Assembly: GCA_031394595.1 (NCBI GenBank)
Contig: JANNTZ010000191.1
Coordinates: 72-64,071, forward strand
Source of the DNA: Acidobacteriota bacterium
Lineage (GTDB): Bacteria > Acidobacteriota > Polarisedimenticolia > Gp22-AA2
Direction of reading: 5' to 3'
Length of the DNA stretch: 64,000 nt
Positions within the stretch are counted from its first letter, which is position 1. Each line of letters starts with the position of its first letter. Below the pieces are notes generated by a model that did not search any database, was not told the origin of the DNA, and saw only the letters and a list, made by a program, of their open reading frames with translations. Below, in pieces: positions 1 through 7,997 of this stretch. A program made the translations under genes and the position numbers.

Positions 1-1472
1 GTCGGTGTGGTCGTCATGATGACGCCGTCGCTGAAGTCGCTCTGGGTCGCCTTCTTAATCTTGTAACCCAGAATGTCGCGCAGGATGGCGTTGCCGCCGA
101 TGGTGTCCGGTTCGTTCGCCAGTGCCGCGGTGTTCGCCTGGACCTCGTCCCACTGGATCAGGACCTGGCTGTCGAGAGGAGTGATCGTCCCGTTGCCGGT
201 GGCGCGGACGTTCAACGGTGTCGCCGGCGTGGTGCTGTTCGACAGCGCCGCGCAGGGCGCGCCCGTCGTGGGGGCCCAGCCGCTGGAGTTGCCGGCGGAA
301 TCCTTGGACTGGACCTGGAAGCACCAGGTGCCGCTCGCCAGGTTGTCATAGAAGGCGTGGGCGTCATAGTCCACGGTGCCGTATTCCTGGTGCGGGTGGG
401 TGAAGCCGCGGGTCGCGAAATTGGTCGGCGACCCGTTCGGCCAGGATTTGACCGACCAGGCGGTGACCCCGGAGGTCGAACCCGGCGGGTCCCATTTCAC
501 CAGGATGCCGCCGCAGTGACCCGGGACCAGGGAGACGTTGGTCGGCGCCGGCGGCGGGGTGATGTCGATGTCCTTGACACCCGATCGGCCGAGGTTCTCG
601 GCGTTGACGTCCGACGACAGGTCGAACTTGCGGAAATGCTGCGCCGCGGCGTCGGCGGTGTCGATGTAGTCCGGGTCTTCGTCCGCCGTCATCCCGACCA
701 GGTTGACCGCGATCCGGCGGACCCGCGCGCGGGTCAGGATCGCCGCGTCGCCACCGCCGATGTCATCGGCGGAACTGGCCGGCGTGTTGGCGTTCAGCAG
801 CACGCCGCTGTCGTCGTAGTACTGGAACGTCATGCTGCGGATGTTCTCGGCCACCGGCTCGAAGACGAACGAGGTGCTGTTCGGCGGGGTCGCCGGGAAG
901 GTCGCCACGTCGGCCAGCGACACGCGGTACAAGGTGTACGGCGGGCTGTCCTGCACCAGGGCGACGTTGGAAATGGTCACGTTCTTCAGGGTCTTGGTCC
1001 GCGGCCGGTCGACATCGGCGCGTAGCGCCATAGTGGCCGGGCCGCTGACACCCGGTTTCGCCAGGACGTACGAGACGATCTCGTCGTTGCCGGTCGAAAC
1101 GATGCTGTAGGCGGTCCCGGGGAGCGACGCCTCCGGGGTGGTGCTGGCGGTCGGATCCTCGAAATCGAAGTCGCCGCGGATGGTGACCGCCGTGTCCCAG
1201 GCCCCCTCGACCTGCTCGTCGATGCGTGTCGTGTCGCCGTCCGGGTTCCAGTTGAACCCGGCCAGACGCAGGTCCGAGAGCATCCGGTCGAAGGCGACCC
1301 GGGTTGACTGCTGCTGGTCGGTGAAGTTCTCGCCCGCCTTGTAGGACTTCTGGGCGGCGGTGTAAAGGATGAACGCCACCGCGGCGGCGATCGCGAAGAT
1401 CGTCGAGGCGACCAACATCTCGATCAAGCTGAACCCACCAACTTCACGCCGGACTTCCTTGGACCTGAGCAC
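1..1472 (-). CDS. Large type IV pilin-like (prepilin N-terminal cleavage/methylation motif) protein, C-terminus runs off window; periplasmic part with Fn3/Ig-like repeats (partial, >490 aa)
   Basis: Manual minus-strand translation in the high-GC3 frame: GTG at 1472 preceded by GGAGGA RBS gives MLRSKEVRREVGG|FSLIEMLVASTIFAIAAAVAFILY, a canonical prepilin leader and hydrophobic helix. The downstream sequence (PPAPTNVSLVPGHCGGILVKWDPPGSTSGVTAWSV..., WCFQVQSKDSAGNSSGWAP) looks like beta-sandwich repeats. The ORF continues past coordinate 1 and is absent from the ORF track because it is truncated. Confidence 0.55.
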   Translation of the reverse strand, partial: MLRSKEVRREVGGFSLIEMLVASTIFAIAAAVAFILYTAAQKSYKAGENFTDQQQSTRVAFDRMLSDLRLAGFNWNPDGDTTRIDEQVEGAWDTAVTIRGDFDFEDPTASTTPEASLPGTAYSIVSTGNDEIVSYVLAKPGVSGPATMALRADVDRPRTKTLKNVTISNVALVQDSPPYTLYRVSLADVATFPATPPNSTSFVFEPVAENIRSMTFQYYDDSGVLLNANTPASSADDIGGGDAAILTRARVRRIAVNLVGMTADEDPDYIDTADAAAQHFRKFDLSSDVNAENLGRSGVKDIDITPPPAPTNVSLVPGHCGGILVKWDPPGSTSGVTAWSVKSWPNGSPTNFATRGFTHPHQEYGTVDYDAHAFYDNLASGTWCFQVQSKDSAGNSSGWAPTTGAPCAALSNSTTPATPLNVRATGNGTITPLDSQVLIQWDEVQANTAALANEPDTIGGNAILRDILGYKIKKATQSDFSDGVIMTTTP

Positions 1473-1516
1473 CGCCGTCCTCCATGCCGCCGCCCGTCAG
1501 GGCGACGGATTCGTTT

Positions 1517-1966
1517 TCAGAACCTGGTGGTCGACAGTCGCACCGTCTGCGGCCGTCCCAGTTCGTTCCACGTCAAGTTGACATTGATCCGGATCCCGGT
1601 CGCGCTGCCGAAGTTCGGCGTCCCGGCTCCCATCGGCGTGATCGCCACTGACGCCACGCCGCCTTCCAGCTTGCGGCTGATCTCGGTCTGCCAGGCTTCG
1701 ATGGCGCTGCCGCTGACATTGCTGAACACCGTGTGCGTGGTCGCGGTCGACGCCGCTCCGAGGTCGACGTAGAGCGCCGTGAACGAGCGGGTGTCGAACG
1801 ACTCCATGATGTCGTGACACAGGGCGGTCGCCTGGGTCATCGTCTTGCCGACCTTCACCTGCCGCCCGCCCAACAGGAACATCGAGGAGATCGACACCAG
1901 GACCCCGGACAGAACACCGATCGCGATGATGACTTCAATCAGGCTGAATCCCTTTTCCTGTTTCAT
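1517..1966 (-). CDS. Minor pilin / pseudopilin (prepilin-type N-terminal domain)
   Basis: N-terminus MKQEKG|FSLIEVIIAIGVLSGVLV is a classic prepilin peptidase motif. GAGGA RBS sits 5 nt upstream of ATG 1966. An alternative ATG at 1978 overlaps the upstream stop as ATGA. The listed ORF 1517..2551 has a spurious upstream extension. Confidence 0.65.
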   Translation of the reverse strand: MKQEKGFSLIEVIIAIGVLSGVLVSISSMFLLGGRQVKVGKTMTQATALCHDIMESFDTRSFTALYVDLGAASTATTHTVFSNVSGSAIEAWQTEISRKLEGGVASVAITPMGAGTPNFGSATGIRINVNLTWNELGRPQTVRLSTTRF

Positions 1967-1974
1967 CGGGTTCC

Positions 1975-2481
1975 TCATGGCGTGTAGGTGGCGTACGTCG
2001 ACGAGACCTGGCCGGTCGGCGTGACGCTGACCGTGTAACGGTCCCCGCGCGACCCGTTGATGTCCATGCTGAAGATGACGTTCAGCGTGGAGGTCACCGT
2101 CGTGCTCCCCCTGTTGGTGAACGCGACGCTGGTGGCGCTGGTATTCTCGATTTCCACGCCGTCGAACTGGACCGTCATCGTCCGGCCGAGCGGATTGAGA
2201 TAGGAATACTGGTTCGGCGCGGTCGAATGGTCGACCCGGTTGATCGTGAGGGTGCGGGTGGCGCGGTTGGTCACCGCCAGGTAACGCTGCGCCCGTATGT
2301 CGGTCGTCAGGTTGTTGGCCGCGGCGCGCACCTTGTACGACTTGTAGGCGTCGGCGAGGGCGGGACCGGCGAATAGGGTGAAGATCCCCAGCAGCGCGAT
2401 CACGACCAGGAGCTCGGACAGCGAGTAGCCGGCCGCCCGCCGATCCCGATCCATCTGCGCTTCCCTGCCTCGAGTTTCCAT
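1975..2481 (-). CDS. Minor pilin / pseudopilin (GspH/FimT-like prepilin-type protein)
   Basis: Contains ...MDRDRRAAG|YSLSELLVVIALLGIFTLFAGPA, a prepilin motif. ATG 2481 has a GGAGGA RBS 4 nt upstream. An alternative start at 2454 would give an 8-aa leader. Confidence 0.6.
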   Translation of the reverse strand: METRGREAQMDRDRRAAGYSLSELLVVIALLGIFTLFAGPALADAYKSYKVRAAANNLTTDIRAQRYLAVTNRATRTLTINRVDHSTAPNQYSYLNPLGRTMTVQFDGVEIENTSATSVAFTNRGSTTVTSTLNVIFSMDINGSRGDRYTVSVTPTGQVSSTYATYTP

Positions 2482-2510
2482 CGAATCCTCCATGCCGCCC
2501 TGTCCGTAGA

Positions 2511-2525
2511 GCAAGGAGGGTGCCA
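2511..2525 (-). promoter_or_regulatory. Sigma-54 (RpoN) promoter, exact TGGCAC-N5-TTGC consensus, upstream of minor-pilin operon
   Basis: Minus strand reads gTGGCACcctccTTGCt (plus 2525..2511). Spacing is exactly -24/-12. It lies ~20-30 nt upstream of the candidate starts at 2493 and 2481, in the gap between the HK stop (2660) and the pilin-like gene. Confidence 0.55.
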
Positions 2526-2659
2526 CGGGGCGCCGGGAGGACCGGACGCACGGAACTCGCGTCCGTTCAGGGAGTTCGAAGGAAGGCCCGGCGCCCCTCC
2601 CCGATCACTGAAGCGTCATCGGGGACGAGGTTGTTACGAGACGTAACACCCCTTGGACT

Positions 2660-4594
2660 TCAGAGAAGCGGGGCGCCGGCCTGATCGCCGGTCCGCCCCG
2701 GGAGGACGATCACCAGCCGTGCGCCGCCACCCGGACGGTTGGCGGCCTCGGCCATGCCGTCGTGCAGGACGGCGATCTTCTGGACGATCGCCAACCCGAG
2801 CCCGGTGCCGCGGTCCTTGGTGGTGAAGAAGGGGGTGAAGACGCGGGGCAGGTCCTCGGGCGGGATCCCGGGGCCGTCATCCTCCACGACGAGACGGAAC
2901 AACCCATCGCCCGGTCCCACCTCCCCGCGAATGACGATGTGGCCGGCACTGGTGGCCGCCCCGTCACGATCGCGGATCGCCTCCGCGGCGTTGCGGACCA
3001 GGTTGTGAATCGCCTGGCGGAGGAGTCGCGGGTCGGCCCACAGACGTGGAAAGGTCCCCTCGACCGTGATCGCGATCCCCCCGACCTGGGGATCGTCGCG
3101 GAGGTCGCGCGCCAGGTCGCGGACGATGGTTGCCGATTCCACCGGCGCGACGTCGAGACGCTCGGGACGGGCGAACTGCAGGAAGTCCTGGACTACCTTC
3201 TCGACGTCGTGGATCTCCCGCAGGATAGTCTCGGCGTTTTCCCGCACCGCCGTGTGCCCGTTGCCGTCCGCCGGCAGACCGCGGACGATCAGCCGGGCCA
3301 GACCCTGGATGGTGGCCAGGGAATTGCGGAATTCGTGCGCGATCCCGGCCGACATCTCCCCCAGCGCCGCGAGGTTGTCCCGGATTCCGACCCGCTCGCG
3401 CAGCGTCTTGATCTCGGTCAGGTCGGCCAGCAGACACAGGACCCCCTCGATCGCCTCCCCGGGGCCGCCGGCCCCGCTCCGGATCGGCGAGACCATGGCG
3501 CCGAGATGGGCGGCGCGCCCACCCGGCCCGGAAAGCGGCACCATCTCCCGTGAAAACGCTTCGCCGTTCCGCAGCGACCTCCCCACCAGGTCGACGAGTC
3601 GATCGGCGCCGCCGATCAAGTCGCCGTATTTCCGGCCGATTGCCGAGGAGCGCTGCAGCCCGAGCAGCGCCTCGGCGGCCGGATTGAGGACGGTGAGCCG
3701 GCCGTCACCATCGAACACCAGCACGGCGCTGCTCATCCCTCCGACCAGGTGGTCGCCCGGCAGGATCCGGGGGTCGGGCGTTCCGCCGGCCGGACGCTTC
3801 AAGCGCTGCAGTTCCCCCTCCTGATCGCGCAGCTTGTCGAGCACCCCCTGGAACGCTCCGACCAGCCAGTCGGGCTCGTCCCGCGGTGCCGCCCCGCCGA
3901 TCCCGGCCAGCGCGCCGGGCGCCTGCCCCGCGGCGCGCATCAGGCGCCGGTAGGGCTGCATCAGCCAGCGGGCAAAACCGACCACCAGCCCCACCAGGAA
4001 CAGCAGACTGACCGCCTGGACCCCCGCGATCAACAGGAGATTGAAATGCACCGCCGCCAGGACCGGCACCTCCGACTGCACCCGGACGATCGCGAGGGTG
4101 GCACGACTGCGGTCCTGGATCGGGCGGTAGGCGGCGAGTCGGGCCCGACGGGACTGTGGTCCCCTCTCCACTTCGGACAGCACGCCGGCGCCGGACAGCA
4201 ACCGGCGACGGTCACCGTCCCGGGACGCCAGGAACGGATCGTCGTGACCGACGCGGGTCGCATCGGACGACGACAGGACATGACCGTCGAGGTTCAGGAT
4301 CTCGACGGCGGTCATTCCCTTGAGACGTGCCAGGCGATCGAGGAAGGTCGGCGGGATGTAGGGAACGGCGCCCGCCGGTTCGCGCAGACCGCGCAGCATC
4401 TGGTCGCGCTCCAGTTCGACCCTGATCAAGTCGGCCTCCAGGAGCAGCCGCCGTCCGGTCTCGTCCTCGATGGCGTCGCGCGCCGTCATCAGGAGCTGCA
4501 CGTTGAGCAGGATGGCGGCCGCCAGGAACAGGACCAGGAGTCCCAGGACGATCTTGATCTGCCCTTCGTACGACCCGAGCGGCGAGATCTTCAC
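2660..4594 (-). CDS. Sensor histidine kinase (2 TM, PAS, HisKA, HATPase_c), PilS2-like orphan kinase
   Basis: HisKA H-box EMSAGIAHEFRNSLATIQGL and HATPase motifs VEDDGPGIPPEDLPRVFTPFFTTKDRGTGLGLAIV. N-terminal TM helix IVLGLLVLFLAAAILL. GTG start at 4594 overlaps the pilD stop as GTGA. The ORF-track N-terminal 107 aa is a spurious extension into pilD. Confidence 0.75.
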   Translation of the reverse strand: MKISPLGSYEGQIKIVLGLLVLFLAAAILLNVQLLMTARDAIEDETGRRLLLEADLIRVELERDQMLRGLREPAGAVPYIPPTFLDRLARLKGMTAVEILNLDGHVLSSSDATRVGHDDPFLASRDGDRRRLLSGAGVLSEVERGPQSRRARLAAYRPIQDRSRATLAIVRVQSEVPVLAAVHFNLLLIAGVQAVSLLFLVGLVVGFARWLMQPYRRLMRAAGQAPGALAGIGGAAPRDEPDWLVGAFQGVLDKLRDQEGELQRLKRPAGGTPDPRILPGDHLVGGMSSAVLVFDGDGRLTVLNPAAEALLGLQRSSAIGRKYGDLIGGADRLVDLVGRSLRNGEAFSREMVPLSGPGGRAAHLGAMVSPIRSGAGGPGEAIEGVLCLLADLTEIKTLRERVGIRDNLAALGEMSAGIAHEFRNSLATIQGLARLIVRGLPADGNGHTAVRENAETILREIHDVEKVVQDFLQFARPERLDVAPVESATIVRDLARDLRDDPQVGGIAITVEGTFPRLWADPRLLRQAIHNLVRNAAEAIRDRDGAATSAGHIVIRGEVGPGDGLFRLVVEDDGPGIPPEDLPRVFTPFFTTKDRGTGLGLAIVQKIAVLHDGMAEAANRPGGGARLVIVLPGRTGDQAGAPLL

Positions 4595-5430
4595 GGCCCG
4601 AACCCGGCGAGACCGAGGTACCAGTCGACCCACGGGCGTCCGACGAGGATGGCCACGATCCCGGCGGCGCCGAGAAAGACCCCGAGCGGCAGGCGCGACT
4701 TCCAGCCGTAACCCCGCAGCCGCATCAGGGCCAGCCCGACGACGGCTCCTGCAATATTGCCGAGGAACAGGACGAACAGCAGGACCGCGGGGCCGAGGAA
4801 GGCGCCGATCATCGCCAGGAGCTTGAAGTCCCCCTGGCCGATCCCGTCCTCGCGTGCGGCCCGCGGCACCCGCCGGATCGCCTGCCAGGCGTGGTACAGG
4901 GCGTTGATCGCCCACGGGATGGCGTAACCGAGAAGGGCGCCGGCGAACGCCTCCCGCACCGGGCCCTCCGGTCCGATCAGGCTCCCGGCGCCGGGGCGCA
5001 GGAGACTGAAGGCCAGACCGACGGCGATCCCGGGGAGCGTCAGGGCGTCGGGCAGGATCTGGTGCCGGTAGTCGATGATCATCAGCGCGATGAGCGATGC
5101 GCCAAGCCAGGCCTGGTCAAGAAACGCCGGGGTCGGGCCGCGCAGCAGGAACAGCACGAGAAACAGCAGCGCCGTCGCCGCCTCCACCGCCGGGTAAGTC
5201 CAGGCGATCGGCGCCCGGCACCGGCGGCAGCGGGCGCCGAGGAGGATCCACGAGAGGACCGGCAGGTTGTCGTACCAGGCGATCGGTGCGGCACAGGCCG
5301 GGCAGGAGGACCGCGGATGGACGATCGACCGCCGTTCCGGCATCCGGTGGATGCAGACGTTCAAGAACGATCCGACACAGGCGCCGAGCGCGGCGGCGAA
5401 GGCGGCGAGCGCGGCTGGTGGCAGGATCAC
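4591..5430 (-). CDS. pilD: Prepilin peptidase (A24 family, PilD/GspO)
   Basis: CPACAAPIAW...CRRCRAPI zinc-binding tetra-Cys region and DGIGQGDFKLLAMIGAFLG catalytic-region motif. Multiple TM segments; 279 aa. Confidence 0.85.
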   Translation of the reverse strand: MILPPAALAAFAAALGACVGSFLNVCIHRMPERRSIVHPRSSCPACAAPIAWYDNLPVLSWILLGARCRRCRAPIAWTYPAVEAATALLFLVLFLLRGPTPAFLDQAWLGASLIALMIIDYRHQILPDALTLPGIAVGLAFSLLRPGAGSLIGPEGPVREAFAGALLGYAIPWAINALYHAWQAIRRVPRAAREDGIGQGDFKLLAMIGAFLGPAVLLFVLFLGNIAGAVVGLALMRLRGYGWKSRLPLGVFLGAAGIVAILVGRPWVDWYLGLAGFGP

Positions 5431-5440
5431 GGCAGCCCCC

Positions 5441-6298
5441 TCAACGTCCCACGACCGGGACGCCGGTATAGTCGACCGCTCCGCGCGCCGGATCGTAACG
5501 GTACGGGCGGTCCTCCGGGTCGGCCGGCATCCGGCCCAGGAAGCCTCCGGCCACCAGCGCCGCGAGACGCCTGGGCGGCGCGCCGTGCCGGGCGCGCCAG
5601 GCCTCGATCGCCAGGCGTAATTCAGCGAGGTCCACCGCGACCTTCAGATCGTGGATGTGGTTCCACGCCACCTGGCGGGTGTACGCGTCGTCGCTCGTGT
5701 CGTGAATCTCGATCCACAGGCGGAGCGCGGCGCGCGGGTCGCCGGATTTATCCACCATCGCCGCACGCAGACGCCGGACCAGCGGATGGACGTCCGGCGC
5801 CGCCAGCGCCTTTTCGAAGTAGACCGCGGCCCGATCGTAGTCGCGCAGGTCCTGGTAGCAGATGAAGCCGGCCTCGAAGGCGAGGACCCAGCGCCCGGGG
5901 TTGTTGGCGATGCCGGTGTCGAGCAGACGCAACGCCATCTCCGGGTCTTTGGCCTCGACGTTCATGATCAGGGCGCCGATCAGATAGGGATCGATGAAAT
6001 GGGGGTCGAGCTCGGCGATGACCCGCCGGTAGATGTGATCGAGGTGGGCGTAGCGGTCCGCGATGTCATAGTGCCCGTAGTACTGGATCGACCAGATATA
6101 GATCAGGTCGGCGAGCAATCCATCGAAACCGATCGCCGCCACGTCGAGATAACGGCCCGACGGCAGATAGAGGAGCGGGCTGGTTTCGGGCCGGGCGGCG
6201 GCCCGCGTCTCGATCGCCCCCTGCACCAGGACCGCCAGCAGCAGCGCCCCTCCGCCCGCGAGCAGGAGAAGACGGCGCGGTCCCTTCCCGCCGCTCAC
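5441..6298 (-). CDS. Membrane-anchored TPR-like protein, ABC-transporter accessory (PilG-like position)
   Basis: GTG 6298 overlaps the permease stop as GTGA. N-terminal TM (RRLLLLAGGGALLLAVLV) followed by a helical repeat-rich domain. Function unknown; placement between the ABC permease and pilD mirrors M. xanthus pilG/H/I. Confidence 0.45.
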   Translation of the reverse strand: MSGGKGPRRLLLLAGGGALLLAVLVQGAIETRAAARPETSPLLYLPSGRYLDVAAIGFDGLLADLIYIWSIQYYGHYDIADRYAHLDHIYRRVIAELDPHFIDPYLIGALIMNVEAKDPEMALRLLDTGIANNPGRWVLAFEAGFICYQDLRDYDRAAVYFEKALAAPDVHPLVRRLRAAMVDKSGDPRAALRLWIEIHDTSDDAYTRQVAWNHIHDLKVAVDLAELRLAIEAWRARHGAPPRRLAALVAGGFLGRMPADPEDRPYRYDPARGAVDYTGVPVVGR

Positions 6299-7062
6299 TG
6301 CAGCTCCTTGCGCTGGAAGGCGGCACAGGCGGCCGCCAGGACCGCCGATCCGTAGAAGATGAGATAGATCGCCGCCCAGACCGGCAGCCAGGGGTCGATC
6401 GGCAGCCCATGGACCACCTCCCCCTTGATATCGAAGTTCCCCAGATTCGGCAGGAGGTAATAGACGACCCGACAGGCGGTCTTTGCGAGGGGCGACGCCA
6501 GCCGCGCCTGGAGCAGATCCAGGCTCCAGAGCAGGTGGCCGACGACGTACAGCGCCAGCGTCATGACACTCGACAGGATCGGCGTGGACAGGCAGGAGAA
6601 CAGCACCGCGAGGGTGGTGACCAGCAGGCACTGGAACAGCAGCAGGAGGACCGCCAGGCCGAGACGCGGGTCGAACATCCCCCTGACCGCCAGCACCACG
6701 GCGAACCACGCGGCCATCACCGCCGTGTTGACCACGATCGTCAGGGCCAGCCCGGCGAACTTCCCGAGAACGAACTCGAAGCGGTGGATCGGCTTGGCGA
6801 GCAGCGTGAACACCGTCCGCCGCTCGATCTCGCGGCTGACCAGCCCGACACCGATGAACACGCCGGTCAGCACCCCGAAGACTTCGATCGCCGCCAGCCC
6901 GAAGTCCTTGATGATCTTCTCCTCGCTGCCGACCGTCAGCAGCGACAGGACCTGCGACACCGAGATCATTCCGACCGCGAACACCAGCAGGAGGTAAAGG
7001 ATGCGATGGCGGATCGCCTCCCGGAACGTGTTCAGGGCGATGGCGGCGATCCGGGCCGTCAT
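6295..7062 (-). CDS. ABC-2 type transporter permease (PilI-like)
   Basis: Six hydrophobic segments. ATG 7062 (MTARIAAIALNTFREAIRHRILYLLL) overlaps the ATPase stop as ATGA. The ORF-track 37-aa N-terminal extension is rejected. Confidence 0.75.
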   Translation of the reverse strand: MTARIAAIALNTFREAIRHRILYLLLVFAVGMISVSQVLSLLTVGSEEKIIKDFGLAAIEVFGVLTGVFIGVGLVSREIERRTVFTLLAKPIHRFEFVLGKFAGLALTIVVNTAVMAAWFAVVLAVRGMFDPRLGLAVLLLLFQCLLVTTLAVLFSCLSTPILSSVMTLALYVVGHLLWSLDLLQARLASPLAKTACRVVYYLLPNLGNFDIKGEVVHGLPIDPWLPVWAAIYLIFYGSAVLAAACAAFQRKELQ

Positions 7063-7997
7063 GGCTTGTTCTCCTGGGGTGCGCCGGCCCGCCGGGTCTC
7101 GCGCAGGAACAGGTCCTCGAGCGACCGGCGGGCGGGGGTCACCGCCACCAGCCCCGGCCCGCGGCCATTGCACAGAGCCAAAAGACGCTTCAGATCGTTT
7201 TCCGATTCGACCCGCACCAGCACCTCGTCACGCCGGCGGGAGACGATCTCCCCGCAGGGCAGGCCGTCGCCCTCGAGCCCCCGCAGGGTGACCTCCCAGA
7301 ACGGGACCTCGCGCCCCACGAGATCGTCGATCGTCCCGAGCGCGGCGAGCGAGCCGCGCACCAGCATGCCGACCCGGTCGCAGATCATCTCGGTGTCCGA
7401 CAGGATGTGCGTCGAGAAGAAGACCGTCCGGCCGCGCGCCTTCAGGTCCAGGATGATGTCCCGCACCTCGCGCCGGCCGATCGGGTCGAGACCGGACATC
7501 GGCTCGTCCAGGATCACCAGCTCCGGGTCGTTGATCAACGCCTGGGCCAGGCCGATGCGCTGCAGCATTCCCTTGGAGTAATGGCGCAGCTGCCGGTCGC
7601 CCCGGTTGCCGAGACCGACCCGCTCCAGCATCGCCGCGACCCGCCGGTGCCTGTCGGCGGCCGGCATGCCGAACAACCGGGCGTGGAAGTCGAGGAACTC
7701 CGAACCCGTCAGGTAGTCGTAGAAGTACGGATTTTCGGGCAGGAAACCGATGCGCCGGCGCAGCGCCGGTTGGCGTGCATCCTCGCCGAACAGACGCACC
7801 CGACCCGCATCGGGAAAGGTCAGCCCGAGCGCGACCTTGATCGTCGTTGTCTTGCCGGCGCCGTTGGTGCCGATGAAGCCGAAGACCTCCCCCTGGTTCA
7901 CCGCCAGGCTGAGGTCGCGCAGGATCCAGTACTTGCGCAGCGACAGGTGGGTCCGGTAGTTCTTGGCGATCCCTTCGAATTCGAGGACGGGCGTCAT
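7059..7997 (-). CDS. ABC transporter ATP-binding protein (PilH-like)
   Basis: Walker A GTNGAGKTTT, ABC signature YSKGMLQRIGLAQAL, Walker B LVILDEPMSGLD. Confidence 0.85.
   Translation of the reverse strand: MTPVLEFEGIAKNYRTHLSLRKYWILRDLSLAVNQGEVFGFIGTNGAGKTTTIKVALGLTFPDAGRVRLFGEDARQPALRRRIGFLPENPYFYDYLTGSEFLDFHARLFGMPAADRHRRVAAMLERVGLGNRGDRQLRHYSKGMLQRIGLAQALINDPELVILDEPMSGLDPIGRREVRDIILDLKARGRTVFFSTHILSDTEMICDRVGMLVRGSLAALGTIDDLVGREVPFWEVTLRGLEGDGLPCGEIVSRRRDEVLVRVESENDLKRLLALCNGRGPGLVAVTPARRSLEDLFLRETRRAGAPQENKP

Noticed and set aside
357-1025. 222-aa plus-strand ORF, and neighbouring plus ORFs at 73-351, 832-1110 and 1138-1344
   Set aside because: These are antisense to a continuous minus-strand gene. 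Plus-frame first positions are G-dominated, meaning GC3 sits on the minus strand. The minus translation yields a coherent prepilin-like protein.
2631-2646. Perfect palindrome GTTACG-AGA-CGTAAC just after the histidine kinase stop
   Set aside because: A 3-nt spacer cannot form a stable hairpin and there is no U-tract. It could be a dimeric regulator site, but a single occurrence cannot be evaluated. It is noted, but the exact sigma-54 promoter nearby is the stronger call.
4595-4915. N-terminal ORF-track extensions. Affected ORFs: 2660-4915, 7994-9781, 9172-11271, 21425-23611, 23041-24831, 52989-54098, 55278-56966, 55670-57904, 57955-59985, 60738-61727 and 47049-47942
   Set aside because: The extended N-termini overlap upstream genes and are low-complexity. 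Internal ATG/GTG starts were found that give a family-typical N-terminus, an RBS, or ATGA/GTGA coupling. Features are reported with the trimmed coordinates.
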